Shown here: one piece after another, positions 1 to 9,498 of the stretch
Position numbering within the stretch: the first letter of the stretch is position 1
Layout of the letters: each line of letters starts with the position of its first letter
Source of the DNA: an uncultured virus (IMG/VR IMGVR_UViG_3300030104_002980)
Lineage: Duplodnaviria; Heunggongvirae; Uroviricota; Caudoviricetes
IMG/VR virus record: IMGVR_UViG_3300030104_002980
Length of the DNA: 64,000 nt
Reading direction: 5' to 3' (one strand)
The notes under the pieces: model-generated
What the model was told of the DNA's origin: nothing
The model's database searches: none
What the model saw: only the letters and a program-made list of their open reading frames with translations
Made by a program: the position numbers and the translations under genes

Positions 1-1
1 T

Positions 2-3000
2 GAATCAACAGATACATCTAATCCATCAAGTCCAAAAGTAATATTATCAGCGATTGATGGACAAACTGGTAGAACAGAAGATCTAATAGTTGGTGAAAAA
101 ATGAAAGGCACTCAATCAGGTGCTGTAGCGATATATGCTGAGAAATTATCTGACGCTCAAATATCATTCGTTTACTTAAATGATAATAGATTCAAAACTG
201 GCGAAACAATCAACTTCCAAGAGTCCAATGTAGGTGCGATTGCAAACACAATTGATGAACCTAGTAAAAATATATCTGCTAACTTTAGTTTCAATACTGG
301 GCAGAAGAATACAATTTATGACCATGGATTTATTACCAGAAAAGAGGATGCTAACCAACCAAGTAAAAAAATAAAAATATATTTTGAAAATGCATATTTT
401 GAAGCAGCAGATGAGGGAGATATAACTACTGCAAATTCTTATAATGGATTAGACTATGGTAAAGATGTTCAATCTTTCAACGGTGTTCGTAATACAGATT
501 TAATTGATATTAGACCTAGAGTTTCAAATTACTCAGTTTCTGAGAGTAGTCGTTCTCCATTAGAATTTTTTGGAAGAACATTTAATACGTCAGGAAACTC
601 TGCTGCTAATGTATTGGCATCAGATGAATCTATTTTAACTGATTTTTCTTTCTATCTTGGTAGAATCGATAGAATATTTTTAACAAAATATGGTAAGTTA
701 ACTGTTCAAACTGGAACACCTGCCGAAAATCCAGATCAACCTGTTCCATTAGATGATTCTCTTGAAATAGCATCGGTTACACTACCACCATATCTTTATG
801 ATGTATCTCAAGCATCTCTATCTTTCTTAAAACATAAGAGATATAGAATGCAAGATATTAGAAAACTTGAGACAAGGATAAGAAACTTAGAATACTATAC
901 TTCATTATCATTATTAGAAACAGCAACTTCTAATCTATTTGTTTCTGATGCAGATGGTTTAAATAAATTTAAATCAGGATTTTTTGTAGATAATTTTACA
1001 ACTTTCTTAACTCAAGAAAGTAATATAAAAATAAAAAATAGTATTGATACTTACAATAAAGAAGCAAGACCATCTCATTATACTAACTCAATTGATTTAG
1101 TAGTTGGCCCAGTAGAAGGTGAAAATACAGTATCAAATGGTGCAGACCCAGAAGGAACAAATATTAAATTAACAGGAACTGCATTAACTCTTGATTACTC
1201 TGAAGTTGAATTTATCAATCAACCATTTGGAACAAGAACTGAAAGTGTTACTCCGTTTTTACTTAATTTCTGGAAGGGTGCGATAGATCTTACTCCAGCA
1301 TCTGATACTTGGGTTGACACAGTAAGACTTGAAGCAAAAGTCATAGAGGTTGAAGGAAACTTTGCTAAAACAATAAAAGAGGCAGAGAAAACTCAGGGTC
1401 TCGATCCTCAAACAGGATTGACTGAGATGATATGGCAAGGTTGGCAAACTGTTTGGACAGGAACTGAAAGAAATATAAGAACAAATACCCGAACAGAAGA
1501 AGTAGACAGAAATGTTGATGTGAATTCTCAACGTAGAATTGAAACTTCTACCCTTAATACAATTCAAGATACCTTTACTGATAACTTCAGAGTTGGAACA
1601 TCTACAAGACAAGGTTCACGAGAGTTAATTACTGAAACATATGATCAAGAATCTCTTGGTGATAGAACAATCAGTAAGGAAGTTATACCTATAATGAGAT
1701 CAAGAAATATCGCATTTGAGGGTAAAGGATTTAAACCACAAACAAGAGTTTACGGATTCTTTGATGGAGTCAATGTGACTAAACATTGTGTTCCAAAACT
1801 TCTTGAAATAAACATGAAGTCTGGTGTATTCCAAGTAGGTGAAACAGTAACAGGAACTGTAACTGATGGTGGAATTAATTCAGCTAAAATAACATTTAGA
1901 GTTGCAGTATCAAACCATAAAGAAGGCCCTTATAATTCTCCAACAAGAGTATATGCAACAAGTCCATATACATCTACCACTGGAGCAACACAGTTAGAGA
2001 CATACTCAGGTGCTGCTGGTTCAGTTCAATTATCAGGATCTGGAAGTGTAGCGATTATTCCATCTACTTATTCCTCAACATCAACGATATTAAATATTGA
2101 TATAATTTCCCTCTCAGAGCAAGCACAAGGTGCTTATTTTGGACAAGTTACCACTGACATGGTATTGAAAGGTAATACTTCAGGAGCTGAAGCGGTTATT
2201 ACTGATGTAAGATTAATCTCTGATTTCTCTGCTTCCGTCTTTGGTAGTTTCTTTATACCAGATCCAAATATACCAGTAAATAGTAGATTTGAAACAGGAA
2301 AGAGAGAATTTAGATTAACTGATAGTCAGACAAATGACATTGATTCTTCAACAACAGTTGGTAGTGATGTATTTGAAGCGACAGGAACTCTTGAAACTGT
2401 TCAGGAAAATATCCTTTCTGTTAGAAATGCAAAACGTGAAACACTTACTTCCACTCAGGATAGACCAGCAAGACAATTTATTGGAACTGATGTCAACACT
2501 GAAATTATTGGAACTCAACCATTAAGAAGAGTAGAAGAATTTGATCAAGACGATCCATTAGCACAATCATTCTTTGTAAGTGAAAATAGTGGTGTTTATA
2601 TTACAAGTTGTGAGGTTTACTTCTCGGCAGTTGATGATAATAACGTTCCTGTTCAATTAGATATAAGAACTTTAAAATTAGGAGTTCCATCTCAAGAAGT
2701 TCTTCCATATTCACAAATATTACTTGATCCAGATCAAATTACAACATCATCAAACGGATCAGTTGCAACTAAATTTACATTTAAATCACCAGTTTATTTG
2801 TCACCTGCAACTGAATATGCAATTTGCATGTTATCTGCATCAGCTAAATACAGAGTTTTCATATCAAGGATTGGTGAAAATGATTTAATTACAGATGAAT
2901 TTGTATCAAATCAACCTACATTAGGATCATTATTTAAATCTCAAAATGCATCAACATGGGAACCAAGTCAATGGGAAGATTTAAAGTTTAAATTAAATAG

Positions 3001-5029
3001 AGCACAATTTGTTACATCAGGATCTGCTGAAATCTATAGTCCAATACTTGGTGAAGGTAATGCTCAAATTCCTAAATTATTACCAGATTCTCTTAGAATG
3101 AACTCTAAGAAAATAAGAGTTGGTATATCTTCAGCTTTTGCTGCTGGTATACATCCTACATTAGGAAATACAATTTACCAAACTGTATCTAATGCAACTG
3201 GTGATTTTGTAGGAAGTGCTGGTATTGCAACAGGTAATTTGGGAGTAATAAGAGCAGGATTGGGATACACTCCAGCTTCTGGAAATCGTGGTTTAATAGG
3301 TATTGCTTTAACCACTATCACAGGTAGTGGTAGAAACGCAACTGCAAATGTTCACTTTGATGGTGGAGTTGCTGTTGCGGCGACAATTTCAAATGGTGGA
3401 ATTGGATATCAAGTCGGTGATATTGTAGGTATCTCTACCAATCTTGGTATTAATGCAAGATTATCAGTGGCATCTATCGGAAATACAAGTGAACTTATAC
3501 TTGAAAATATTCAAGGTGAATTTGCAACTGGAGCTGGATCAACATTAATGTATGGAAATACACTTGGTAATGCAGGATTTGGTAGTGCAATCACAGGTAA
3601 TGGTGGAGAGATTGGTGCATTTATTCCTGCGGGAACAATATCAACTATAACTGATGGTTTACACATTATAGTTAATCACAAAAACCATGGAATGTATCAC
3701 GAACAGAATAGAGTGATTATATCTGGAGTTGAAAGTGATATATTACCATCTAAATTATCTGTTGATTACGCAATAGATTCTACAGATGATATTACTGTTG
3801 ACAGTTCAACTGTGTATAGTAATTTTGAAAATGTTGGTGTTGCATCTACTAATCCCGGATATGTTAAGATTGGAAATGAAATTATTAGATATGAAGGTGT
3901 ATCTGGTAATACACTAACTGGTATTACAAGGCAACAAGATTCAACTCTTGCTGCAAATTACACATCAGGATTATTAGTTGAAAAATATGAATTGAATGGC
4001 GTATCTTTACGTAGAATAAATCAAACTCATAATCTAGCAGATGTCACTGATTCAAATCCAATAACATTTGACTCGTATAAAATTAAATTAGATATGGGTT
4101 CAAATGGAATTGGTAGAACAAGCGTTACAACTTCAGATTTCCCACCAAGATTATTCTTAAATGGAACAAAATCATCCGGTGGTTCAAATATACGTGCAAC
4201 ACAAAACATGCCATTTGAAGTTATCACACCTATGGTTCAGAATGTCACTGTTCCCGGAACTTCTCTCAGTGCTAACTTGAGAACTGTAAGTGGAACAAGT
4301 GTGAATACAGGATCTGGTCAAGGATCAGATACACCATTTATTGTTCAACCAACAGAAAGTATCGCTTTAAATCAAATCAATTATTTGAATTCACCTAGAA
4401 TAATTGCATCAAGAGTAAATGAAATTAACAATGCAACTATAACAGTATTACCGGGAGATCGGTCATTAAATATGACACTTGATCTATCAACTACTGATAG
4501 TCGTATATCTCCTTTTGTTGATACTGAAAGAATGAATACAATTCTTACCTCAAATAGAGTTGATAAATTAATTACTAACTTTACTGAAGATAGTCGAGTC
4601 GATACTCTTACTGAAGATCCATCATCATTCTTGTATATTTCAAAAGAAAATACATTAGAAACATCTGCTACATCAATCAAGATTATACTTGATGCACATA
4701 TTAATGAATATAATGATATAAGAGCGTTCTTCTCAATTAGCGAGAATCAGGGGTCAGAACCGATATTCATACCGTTCCCCGGTTTTGATAATTTAAATGA
4801 AAGAGGACAGGTGGTTGCACTCGATAAGAGTGATGGAAGACCAGATTCAAAAGTATCATTATCAGATGCTAGTGGATTTGCATCTGAAGAATTACAATAT
4901 AAAGAGTATACATTCAGTATTACAGATCTACCCTCATTTAAATCATTTAGAATAAAATTATTAGGATCATCAACCAATCAAGCTTATGTTCCTAGATTCA
5001 GAAGTTTGAAGGTGATCGCTTTAGCATAA
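2..5029 (+). CDS. Large virion structural protein (baseplate/tail-associated, DUF4815-like), 5'-truncated by window edge
   Basis: Frame is open from base 2 through the 1642-aa ORF. Motifs RYRMQDIRKLETRI, GFFVDNF, DPLAQSF and GSLFKSQNASTW are typical of the large structural protein upstream of gp13 in cyanomyoviruses. Confidence 0.75.
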   Translation, partial: ESTDTSNPSSPKVILSAIDGQTGRTEDLIVGEKMKGTQSGAVAIYAEKLSDAQISFVYLNDNRFKTGETINFQESNVGAIANTIDEPSKNISANFSFNTGQKNTIYDHGFITRKEDANQPSKKIKIYFENAYFEAADEGDITTANSYNGLDYGKDVQSFNGVRNTDLIDIRPRVSNYSVSESSRSPLEFFGRTFNTSGNSAANVLASDESILTDFSFYLGRIDRIFLTKYGKLTVQTGTPAENPDQPVPLDDSLEIASVTLPPYLYDVSQASLSFLKHKRYRMQDIRKLETRIRNLEYYTSLSLLETATSNLFVSDADGLNKFKSGFFVDNFTTFLTQESNIKIKNSIDTYNKEARPSHYTNSIDLVVGPVEGENTVSNGADPEGTNIKLTGTALTLDYSEVEFINQPFGTRTESVTPFLLNFWKGAIDLTPASDTWVDTVRLEAKVIEVEGNFAKTIKEAEKTQGLDPQTGLTEMIWQGWQTVWTGTERNIRTNTRTEEVDRNVDVNSQRRIETSTLNTIQDTFTDNFRVGTSTRQGSRELITETYDQESLGDRTISKEVIPIMRSRNIAFEGKGFKPQTRVYGFFDGVNVTKHCVPKLLEINMKSGVFQVGETVTGTVTDGGINSAKITFRVAVSNHKEGPYNSPTRVYATSPYTSTTGATQLETYSGAAGSVQLSGSGSVAIIPSTYSSTSTILNIDIISLSEQAQGAYFGQVTTDMVLKGNTSGAEAVITDVRLISDFSASVFGSFFIPDPNIPVNSRFETGKREFRLTDSQTNDIDSSTTVGSDVFEATGTLETVQENILSVRNAKRETLTSTQDRPARQFIGTDVNTEIIGTQPLRRVEEFDQDDPLAQSFFVSENSGVYITSCEVYFSAVDDNNVPVQLDIRTLKLGVPSQEVLPYSQILLDPDQITTSSNGSVATKFTFKSPVYLSPATEYAICMLSASAKYRVFISRIGENDLITDEFVSNQPTLGSLFKSQNASTWEPSQWEDLKFKLNRAQFVTSGSAEIYSPILGEGNAQIPKLLPDSLRMNSKKIRVGISSAFAAGIHPTLGNTIYQTVSNATGDFVGSAGIATGNLGVIRAGLGYTPASGNRGLIGIALTTITGSGRNATANVHFDGGVAVAATISNGGIGYQVGDIVGISTNLGINARLSVASIGNTSELILENIQGEFATGAGSTLMYGNTLGNAGFGSAITGNGGEIGAFIPAGTISTITDGLHIIVNHKNHGMYHEQNRVIISGVESDILPSKLSVDYAIDSTDDITVDSSTVYSNFENVGVASTNPGYVKIGNEIIRYEGVSGNTLTGITRQQDSTLAANYTSGLLVEKYELNGVSLRRINQTHNLADVTDSNPITFDSYKIKLDMGSNGIGRTSVTTSDFPPRLFLNGTKSSGGSNIRATQNMPFEVITPMVQNVTVPGTSLSANLRTVSGTSVNTGSGQGSDTPFIVQPTESIALNQINYLNSPRIIASRVNEINNATITVLPGDRSLNMTLDLSTTDSRISPFVDTERMNTILTSNRVDKLITNFTEDSRVDTLTEDPSSFLYISKENTLETSATSIKIILDAHINEYNDIRAFFSISENQGSEPIFIPFPGFDNLNERGQVVALDKSDGRPDSKVSLSDASGFASEELQYKEYTFSITDLPSFKSFRIKLLGSSTNQAYVPRFRSLKVIALA

Positions 5030-5253
5030 TGAGTTTTATTAAAGTAAAAGATAATGAGCATTTAGTTAGAGATACTAATTCAAATTGCATCATTAATACA
5101 AACAAGTCTGAGTATGAGGAGTATCTATCTCGTCGTAAACTCAAACAGTCTGAAAAAAATAAAATTGAAAATCTTGAAAAAGATGTATCTACTTTAAAAA
5201 ATGATATTGGTGAAATAAAAGATCTCTTAAGGAGTTTAGTAAATGGCAACTAA
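5029..5253 (+). CDS. Conserved small hypothetical protein with C-terminal coiled coil
   Basis: 74 aa, TAATG-coupled to the upstream ORF; heptad C-terminus. Confidence 0.75.
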   Translation: MSFIKVKDNEHLVRDTNSNCIINTNKSEYEEYLSRRKLKQSEKNKIENLEKDVSTLKNDIGEIKDLLRSLVNGN

Positions 5254-5668
5254 AAAGATAACATTTGATCCAGAGGCAGGAGTTGCATATCCATGCGATT
5301 TGATATTAAATGTTGGCGCAGATTTTAGTGCATCATTTCAAGTTGTTGATACTTCAAACACTGGTTTTAATTTTTCCACCACCAATTCAGTTGGTCTTGG
5401 GACAACGACTGGATGGACAGGATCATCTCAAATGACAAAGAGTGTTGCAGTTGGATCAACTGCTTTTCCTGATGCGACATTTAGTGTTGGAATTGATACT
5501 ACTGCATCAGTTGGTTATGGATTTACAATATCATTAGGTTCAACTGCGACAAGAAGTATAAAGGCTGGGAGATATGTATATGATGTTTTAGTCGGTTCAG
5601 GATCGACTGTGTATAGAATTGTAGACGGTAACATCATCGTAAGAGGTGGTGTATCTTCCGCACCATAA
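5243..5668 (+). CDS. Hypothetical, probably virion-associated protein
   Basis: 141 aa; GRYVYDVLV...RIVDG motif; lies in the structural operon. Confidence 0.7.
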   Translation: MATKKITFDPEAGVAYPCDLILNVGADFSASFQVVDTSNTGFNFSTTNSVGLGTTTGWTGSSQMTKSVAVGSTAFPDATFSVGIDTTASVGYGFTISLGSTATRSIKAGRYVYDVLVGSGSTVYRIVDGNIIVRGGVSSAP

Positions 5669-5671
5669 ATA
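5664..5671 (+). promoter_or_regulatory. gp55-dependent late promoter (CATAAATA) for gp13
   Basis: Matches the T4-like late consensus NATAAATA about 20 nt upstream of the ATG. Confidence 0.7.
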
Positions 5672-5690
5672 TTGATAGAGGTATTGTGTA

Positions 5691-6539
5691 ATGGCTCAAC
5701 CAACGAGTAGATCAACATTAATCGATTATTGCAAAAGGCAACTGGGTGCCCCAGTGCTTGAAATTAATGTTGCGGACGAACAAGTTGAAGACTTGTTAGA
5801 TGATGCTCTTCAATTTTATCAGGAGAGACATTATGATGGTGTCATACAGACATACTTAAAGTATCAAATAAGACAAGTAGATGTAGATAGAGCAAGAGGT
5901 AGAAATGGAAATAACCCAGTAGGAATAGTTACAACATCAACGTCTACATCGATCGTTGGTGTGACAACTACTTTTACCTTTGAGGAGGATAGTAATTATC
6001 TTGAGATGCCATCTTCAGTTATTGGAGTAAATAAACTTTTTCACTTTGATGGATCTAACACAGTTACTAATAATATGTTCAGTGTTAAGTATCAATTGTT
6101 TTTAAATGATGTTGCATTTAATTTAGGATATGCTGGCATATTGAACTATGCAATGACAAAAAGGTATCTTGAAGATATTAATTTTGCCCTTACAACAGAA
6201 AAACAAATAAGATTTAATCAAAGACAAGATCGTTTATACATGGATATAGATTTTGCAAGTGTTGATGTTGGTGATTTTATTATCATAGATTGTTTTAGAA
6301 TAATTGATCCAGATGATTTTACTGGTGTTTACAATGATTACTTTTTAAAAAGATATTTGACAGCGTTAATGAAAAGGCAGTGGGGTCAAAACCTTATTAA
6401 GTTTCAAGGTGTTAAATTACCCGGTGGTATAGAATTGAATGGAAGACAAATATATGATGATGGTCAAAGAGAACTTGATGTCATAAGAGAGCAAATGTCA
6501 AATACTTACGAACTTCCTCCATTAGATTTTATAGGTTAA
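5691..6539 (+). CDS. gp13: Neck protein gp13
   Basis: LGAPVLEINVADEQ, QWGQNLIKFQGVKLPGG motifs; synteny. Confidence 0.95.
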   Translation: MAQPTSRSTLIDYCKRQLGAPVLEINVADEQVEDLLDDALQFYQERHYDGVIQTYLKYQIRQVDVDRARGRNGNNPVGIVTTSTSTSIVGVTTTFTFEEDSNYLEMPSSVIGVNKLFHFDGSNTVTNNMFSVKYQLFLNDVAFNLGYAGILNYAMTKRYLEDINFALTTEKQIRFNQRQDRLYMDIDFASVDVGDFIIIDCFRIIDPDDFTGVYNDYFLKRYLTALMKRQWGQNLIKFQGVKLPGGIELNGRQIYDDGQRELDVIREQMSNTYELPPLDFIG

Positions 6540-6543
6540 TGAT

Positions 6544-7971
6544 ATGGTGCTCAATCCGTTTTTTCAACAAGGATCTAAAGGCGAACAAAATTTAGTTCAA
6601 TCATTAATTAATGAGCAACTACAAATGTATGGAGTGAATGTTCACTACATGCCACGAAAGTATGCGAAAACAAATACAATAATTAAAGAAGTAATAGAAT
6701 CAAAGTTTGATGATGCGTATCCTATTGAGGCTTATGTTGAGTCTTTTGACGGTTATGGTGACAATCCTACCTTGCTTTCTAAATTTGGAATACAGCAAAC
6801 TAATGAATTAACATTAACTATTTCAAGAGAGAGATTTGAAACGTATATATCCCCTTTAATAAAAAATGAAGAGAATATCAAACTATCAACAAGACCAAAA
6901 GAAGGTGATTTAATATATTTTCCTCTAGGTGATCGTTTATTTGAGATCAAATATGTAGAACATGAGCAACCTTTTTATCAATTACGTGATACTTATGTTT
7001 ATACTCTTCGTTGCGAACTCTTCCGTTATGAGGATGAAGTCATCGATACTGGAGTTGGTGAGATAGATGATACACTTGCTGCAACAGAAGGTGTTGATGG
7101 TGAAGATTTTATTATAGGTGGAACACAAGTTTTAACATTAGTCGGAACAGCATCAAGTGCATCTGCGGTAACTACTGTAGTGAATGGTGGTATTCAATTT
7201 ATCGATATAACAAATCGTGGTAGAAATTATTTGTTTGCACCTAGAGTTGCTATTTCTTCAGCACCTACTGGTGGTGTGACAGGTATTGCGACTGCTAATT
7301 TAAGAAGTGGTATTGTTGTTTGCACGGGTGCAGCAGAGGCATCAAATTTAAAAGCATCAGTTGTTCAAACAATAAATCTAGTAAATCCCGGATCAGGATA
7401 TACAACTGGGCCTGATATACAAATATTTGGTGGTGATGGTGTAGGTGCTGCTGCAACTGCTGGAATGGCAAATGGAACTATTGGTATTGTAACCATAACA
7501 GGTGGTGGTTCCGGATATACAACAACACCAACAATTACTTTCACAGGACTATCAACAGTATCTGCTGCTGCAACTGCGATCGTATCAACTGCAGGAACCA
7601 TAAGTGCAATTCATATAACAAATGCTGGTGCTGGATACTCAACACCTCCAACAATTGCAATCGATCCTCCTGCTGCAAGTGATGCATCTGGTAATTTCCA
7701 GTTTAATGAGATAATCACAGGTGGAACAAGTGGAGCAACCGCAAGAGTAAGAAAATGGAATTCTGTGACAAGTGAATTAGATATATCAAATGTAGAAGGG
7801 ACGTTCCTAAGAAAAGAAACAGTCACTGGTGGAACTTCAGGTGCAGTTCATACAATTCGACTTATAGATCTTACAAACTTTGATGATGGGTTTGGTGATA
7901 ATGATGACTTTGAAACTGAAGCAGATGCGATCATCGACTTCTCTGAGGGCAATCCTTTTGGGCAACCATAA
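6544..7971 (+). CDS. gp14: Neck protein gp14 (head closure) with Gly/Thr-rich insertion
   Basis: RPKEGDLIYFP, FEIKYVEHEQPFYQL, C-terminal DFSEGNPFG; synteny. Confidence 0.93.
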   Translation: MVLNPFFQQGSKGEQNLVQSLINEQLQMYGVNVHYMPRKYAKTNTIIKEVIESKFDDAYPIEAYVESFDGYGDNPTLLSKFGIQQTNELTLTISRERFETYISPLIKNEENIKLSTRPKEGDLIYFPLGDRLFEIKYVEHEQPFYQLRDTYVYTLRCELFRYEDEVIDTGVGEIDDTLAATEGVDGEDFIIGGTQVLTLVGTASSASAVTTVVNGGIQFIDITNRGRNYLFAPRVAISSAPTGGVTGIATANLRSGIVVCTGAAEASNLKASVVQTINLVNPGSGYTTGPDIQIFGGDGVGAAATAGMANGTIGIVTITGGGSGYTTTPTITFTGLSTVSAAATAIVSTAGTISAIHITNAGAGYSTPPTIAIDPPAASDASGNFQFNEIITGGTSGATARVRKWNSVTSELDISNVEGTFLRKETVTGGTSGAVHTIRLIDLTNFDDGFGDNDDFETEADAIIDFSEGNPFGQP

Positions 7972-7974
7972 ATA
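7967..7974 (+). promoter_or_regulatory. Late promoter (CATAAATA) for gp15
   Basis: NATAAATA about 20 nt upstream of the ATG. Confidence 0.7.
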
Positions 7975-7993
7975 ATATCGTATAGGTGCAAAA

Positions 7994-9019
7994 ATGTTTG
8001 AGTATTTTTACAACGAAATATTAAGAAAAACAATTATTTCATTTGGAACGTTGTTTAATGATCTCTCCATTAAACATACAGATTCTGATGGAAATAAATC
8101 AGTAACAAAAGTTCCATTGGCATACGGGCCAATTCAAAAATTTCTAGCGAGATTGGAACAAGCACCAGATTTAAATAAGTCAACAGCAATGACATTACCA
8201 AGAATGTCATTTGAATTTAATGGACTTACTTATGATTCAAGTAGAAAAGTTACAACAACACAACAACTTACTGTTAAAGATCCAAATACTGATACAGTAA
8301 CTAAAAAAGTTTTCATGCCTGTCCCCTACAATATGGCATTTGAACTTAATGTAATGACAAAATTAAATGATGATGCACTTCAGATTGTTGAGCAAATACT
8401 TCCATTCTTTCAACCATCATATAACGTCACAGTCAATCTTCTTTCTGAAATAAATGAAAAAAGAGATATACCTGTTGTTTTAGAGAGTGTTACATTTCAA
8501 GATGAATATGAAGGAGATTATACTTCAAGAAGAGTTTTATATTACACACTAAGATTCACAGCAAAAACTTACTTGTTTGGCCCTGTTACAACAGCGACTG
8601 CAGATATCATTAAATCTACATCCATCCGTTATCTTGCTGGTGGAGCACGAAGTCTTGAGAGAGATATTACTTACTCAGTTACACCGAGAGCAATTAAAGA
8701 TTATACTGGCGATGTAATAACAAATCTTGCAGAAGATATAGACGGAGTTCAAACAACATTTAAGGTTGATAATACCACCAATCTAAAGACAGACTTTTAT
8801 GTTGTTATAGATAATGAAGAGATGTTTGTAAAATCTATCTCCACCTCATCAAGCAAAATCACTGTTAGAAGAGGTCAAGATAAAACTTTACCCACATCAC
8901 ATGTTAGAGGTAGTGACATTTTAGGCATTGATTATACTCAAAATGCAGAAGGTGTTGGTGTCGATAGCGCAATTATCCCGATGGGAGATGACTTTGGATT
9001 TACTGGAATCAGCACATGA
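7994..9019 (+). CDS. gp15: Tail sheath stabilizer/terminator gp15
   Basis: FGTLFN, VPLAYGP, LPRMSFE, QIVEQILPFFQP motifs. Confidence 0.95.
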   Translation: MFEYFYNEILRKTIISFGTLFNDLSIKHTDSDGNKSVTKVPLAYGPIQKFLARLEQAPDLNKSTAMTLPRMSFEFNGLTYDSSRKVTTTQQLTVKDPNTDTVTKKVFMPVPYNMAFELNVMTKLNDDALQIVEQILPFFQPSYNVTVNLLSEINEKRDIPVVLESVTFQDEYEGDYTSRRVLYYTLRFTAKTYLFGPVTTATADIIKSTSIRYLAGGARSLERDITYSVTPRAIKDYTGDVITNLAEDIDGVQTTFKVDNTTNLKTDFYVVIDNEEMFVKSISTSSSKITVRRGQDKTLPTSHVRGSDILGIDYTQNAEGVGVDSAIIPMGDDFGFTGIST

Positions 9020-9459
9020 AAACCTCGAAATTTGACAACTTAAATGATGCATTTAACGTAGAGTCAATATCTCCAGACAAGATAATTCAATCGACAGAAG
9101 ATACGCAGATAATTAAAAAAGATGTATTAGATAGTGTTAACGAAGATATAAAAAAAGATTACAAATATACAAGAGGTCAGTTATATTCTATAATCGAAAA
9201 GGGACAGGAGGCTATTAATGGAATACTTGAGTTAGCACAAGAAAGTGAGATGCCAAGAGCGTATGAAGTTGCAGGACAATTAATCAAAAACGTATCTGAT
9301 GCAACAGATAAATTAATGGATCTTCAGAAAAAACTCAAGGATGTGAATAAAGAAGAGGAACAGAAGGGGCCATCGACAGTCAATAACGCTTTGTTTGTTG
9401 GATCAACATCAGAGTTATCTAAACTGTTAAAGTCTGAAATCGATAAGGGTAATAAATAA
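9016..9459 (+). CDS. gp16: Terminase small subunit gp16
   Basis: PRAYEVAGQLIK and NNALFVGSTSEL motifs; follows gp15. Confidence 0.93.
   Translation: MKTSKFDNLNDAFNVESISPDKIIQSTEDTQIIKKDVLDSVNEDIKKDYKYTRGQLYSIIEKGQEAINGILELAQESEMPRAYEVAGQLIKNVSDATDKLMDLQKKLKDVNKEEEQKGPSTVNNALFVGSTSELSKLLKSEIDKGNK
9451..9458 (+). promoter_or_regulatory. Late promoter (AATAAATA) for the 9499-12430 block
   Basis: NATAAATA followed by a small GGGA..TCCC leader hairpin. Confidence 0.6.
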
Positions 9460-9498
9460 ATCAGGGAGAGGAATCCCGAAGTAATATTTACTCATACA

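Noticed and set aside
7120..7680. Gly/Thr-rich insertion in gp14 as a mobile element
   Set aside because: In-frame ITNxGxGYTxxPTI-type structural repeats are typical of cyanophage virion proteins; no nuclease or splicing motifs.
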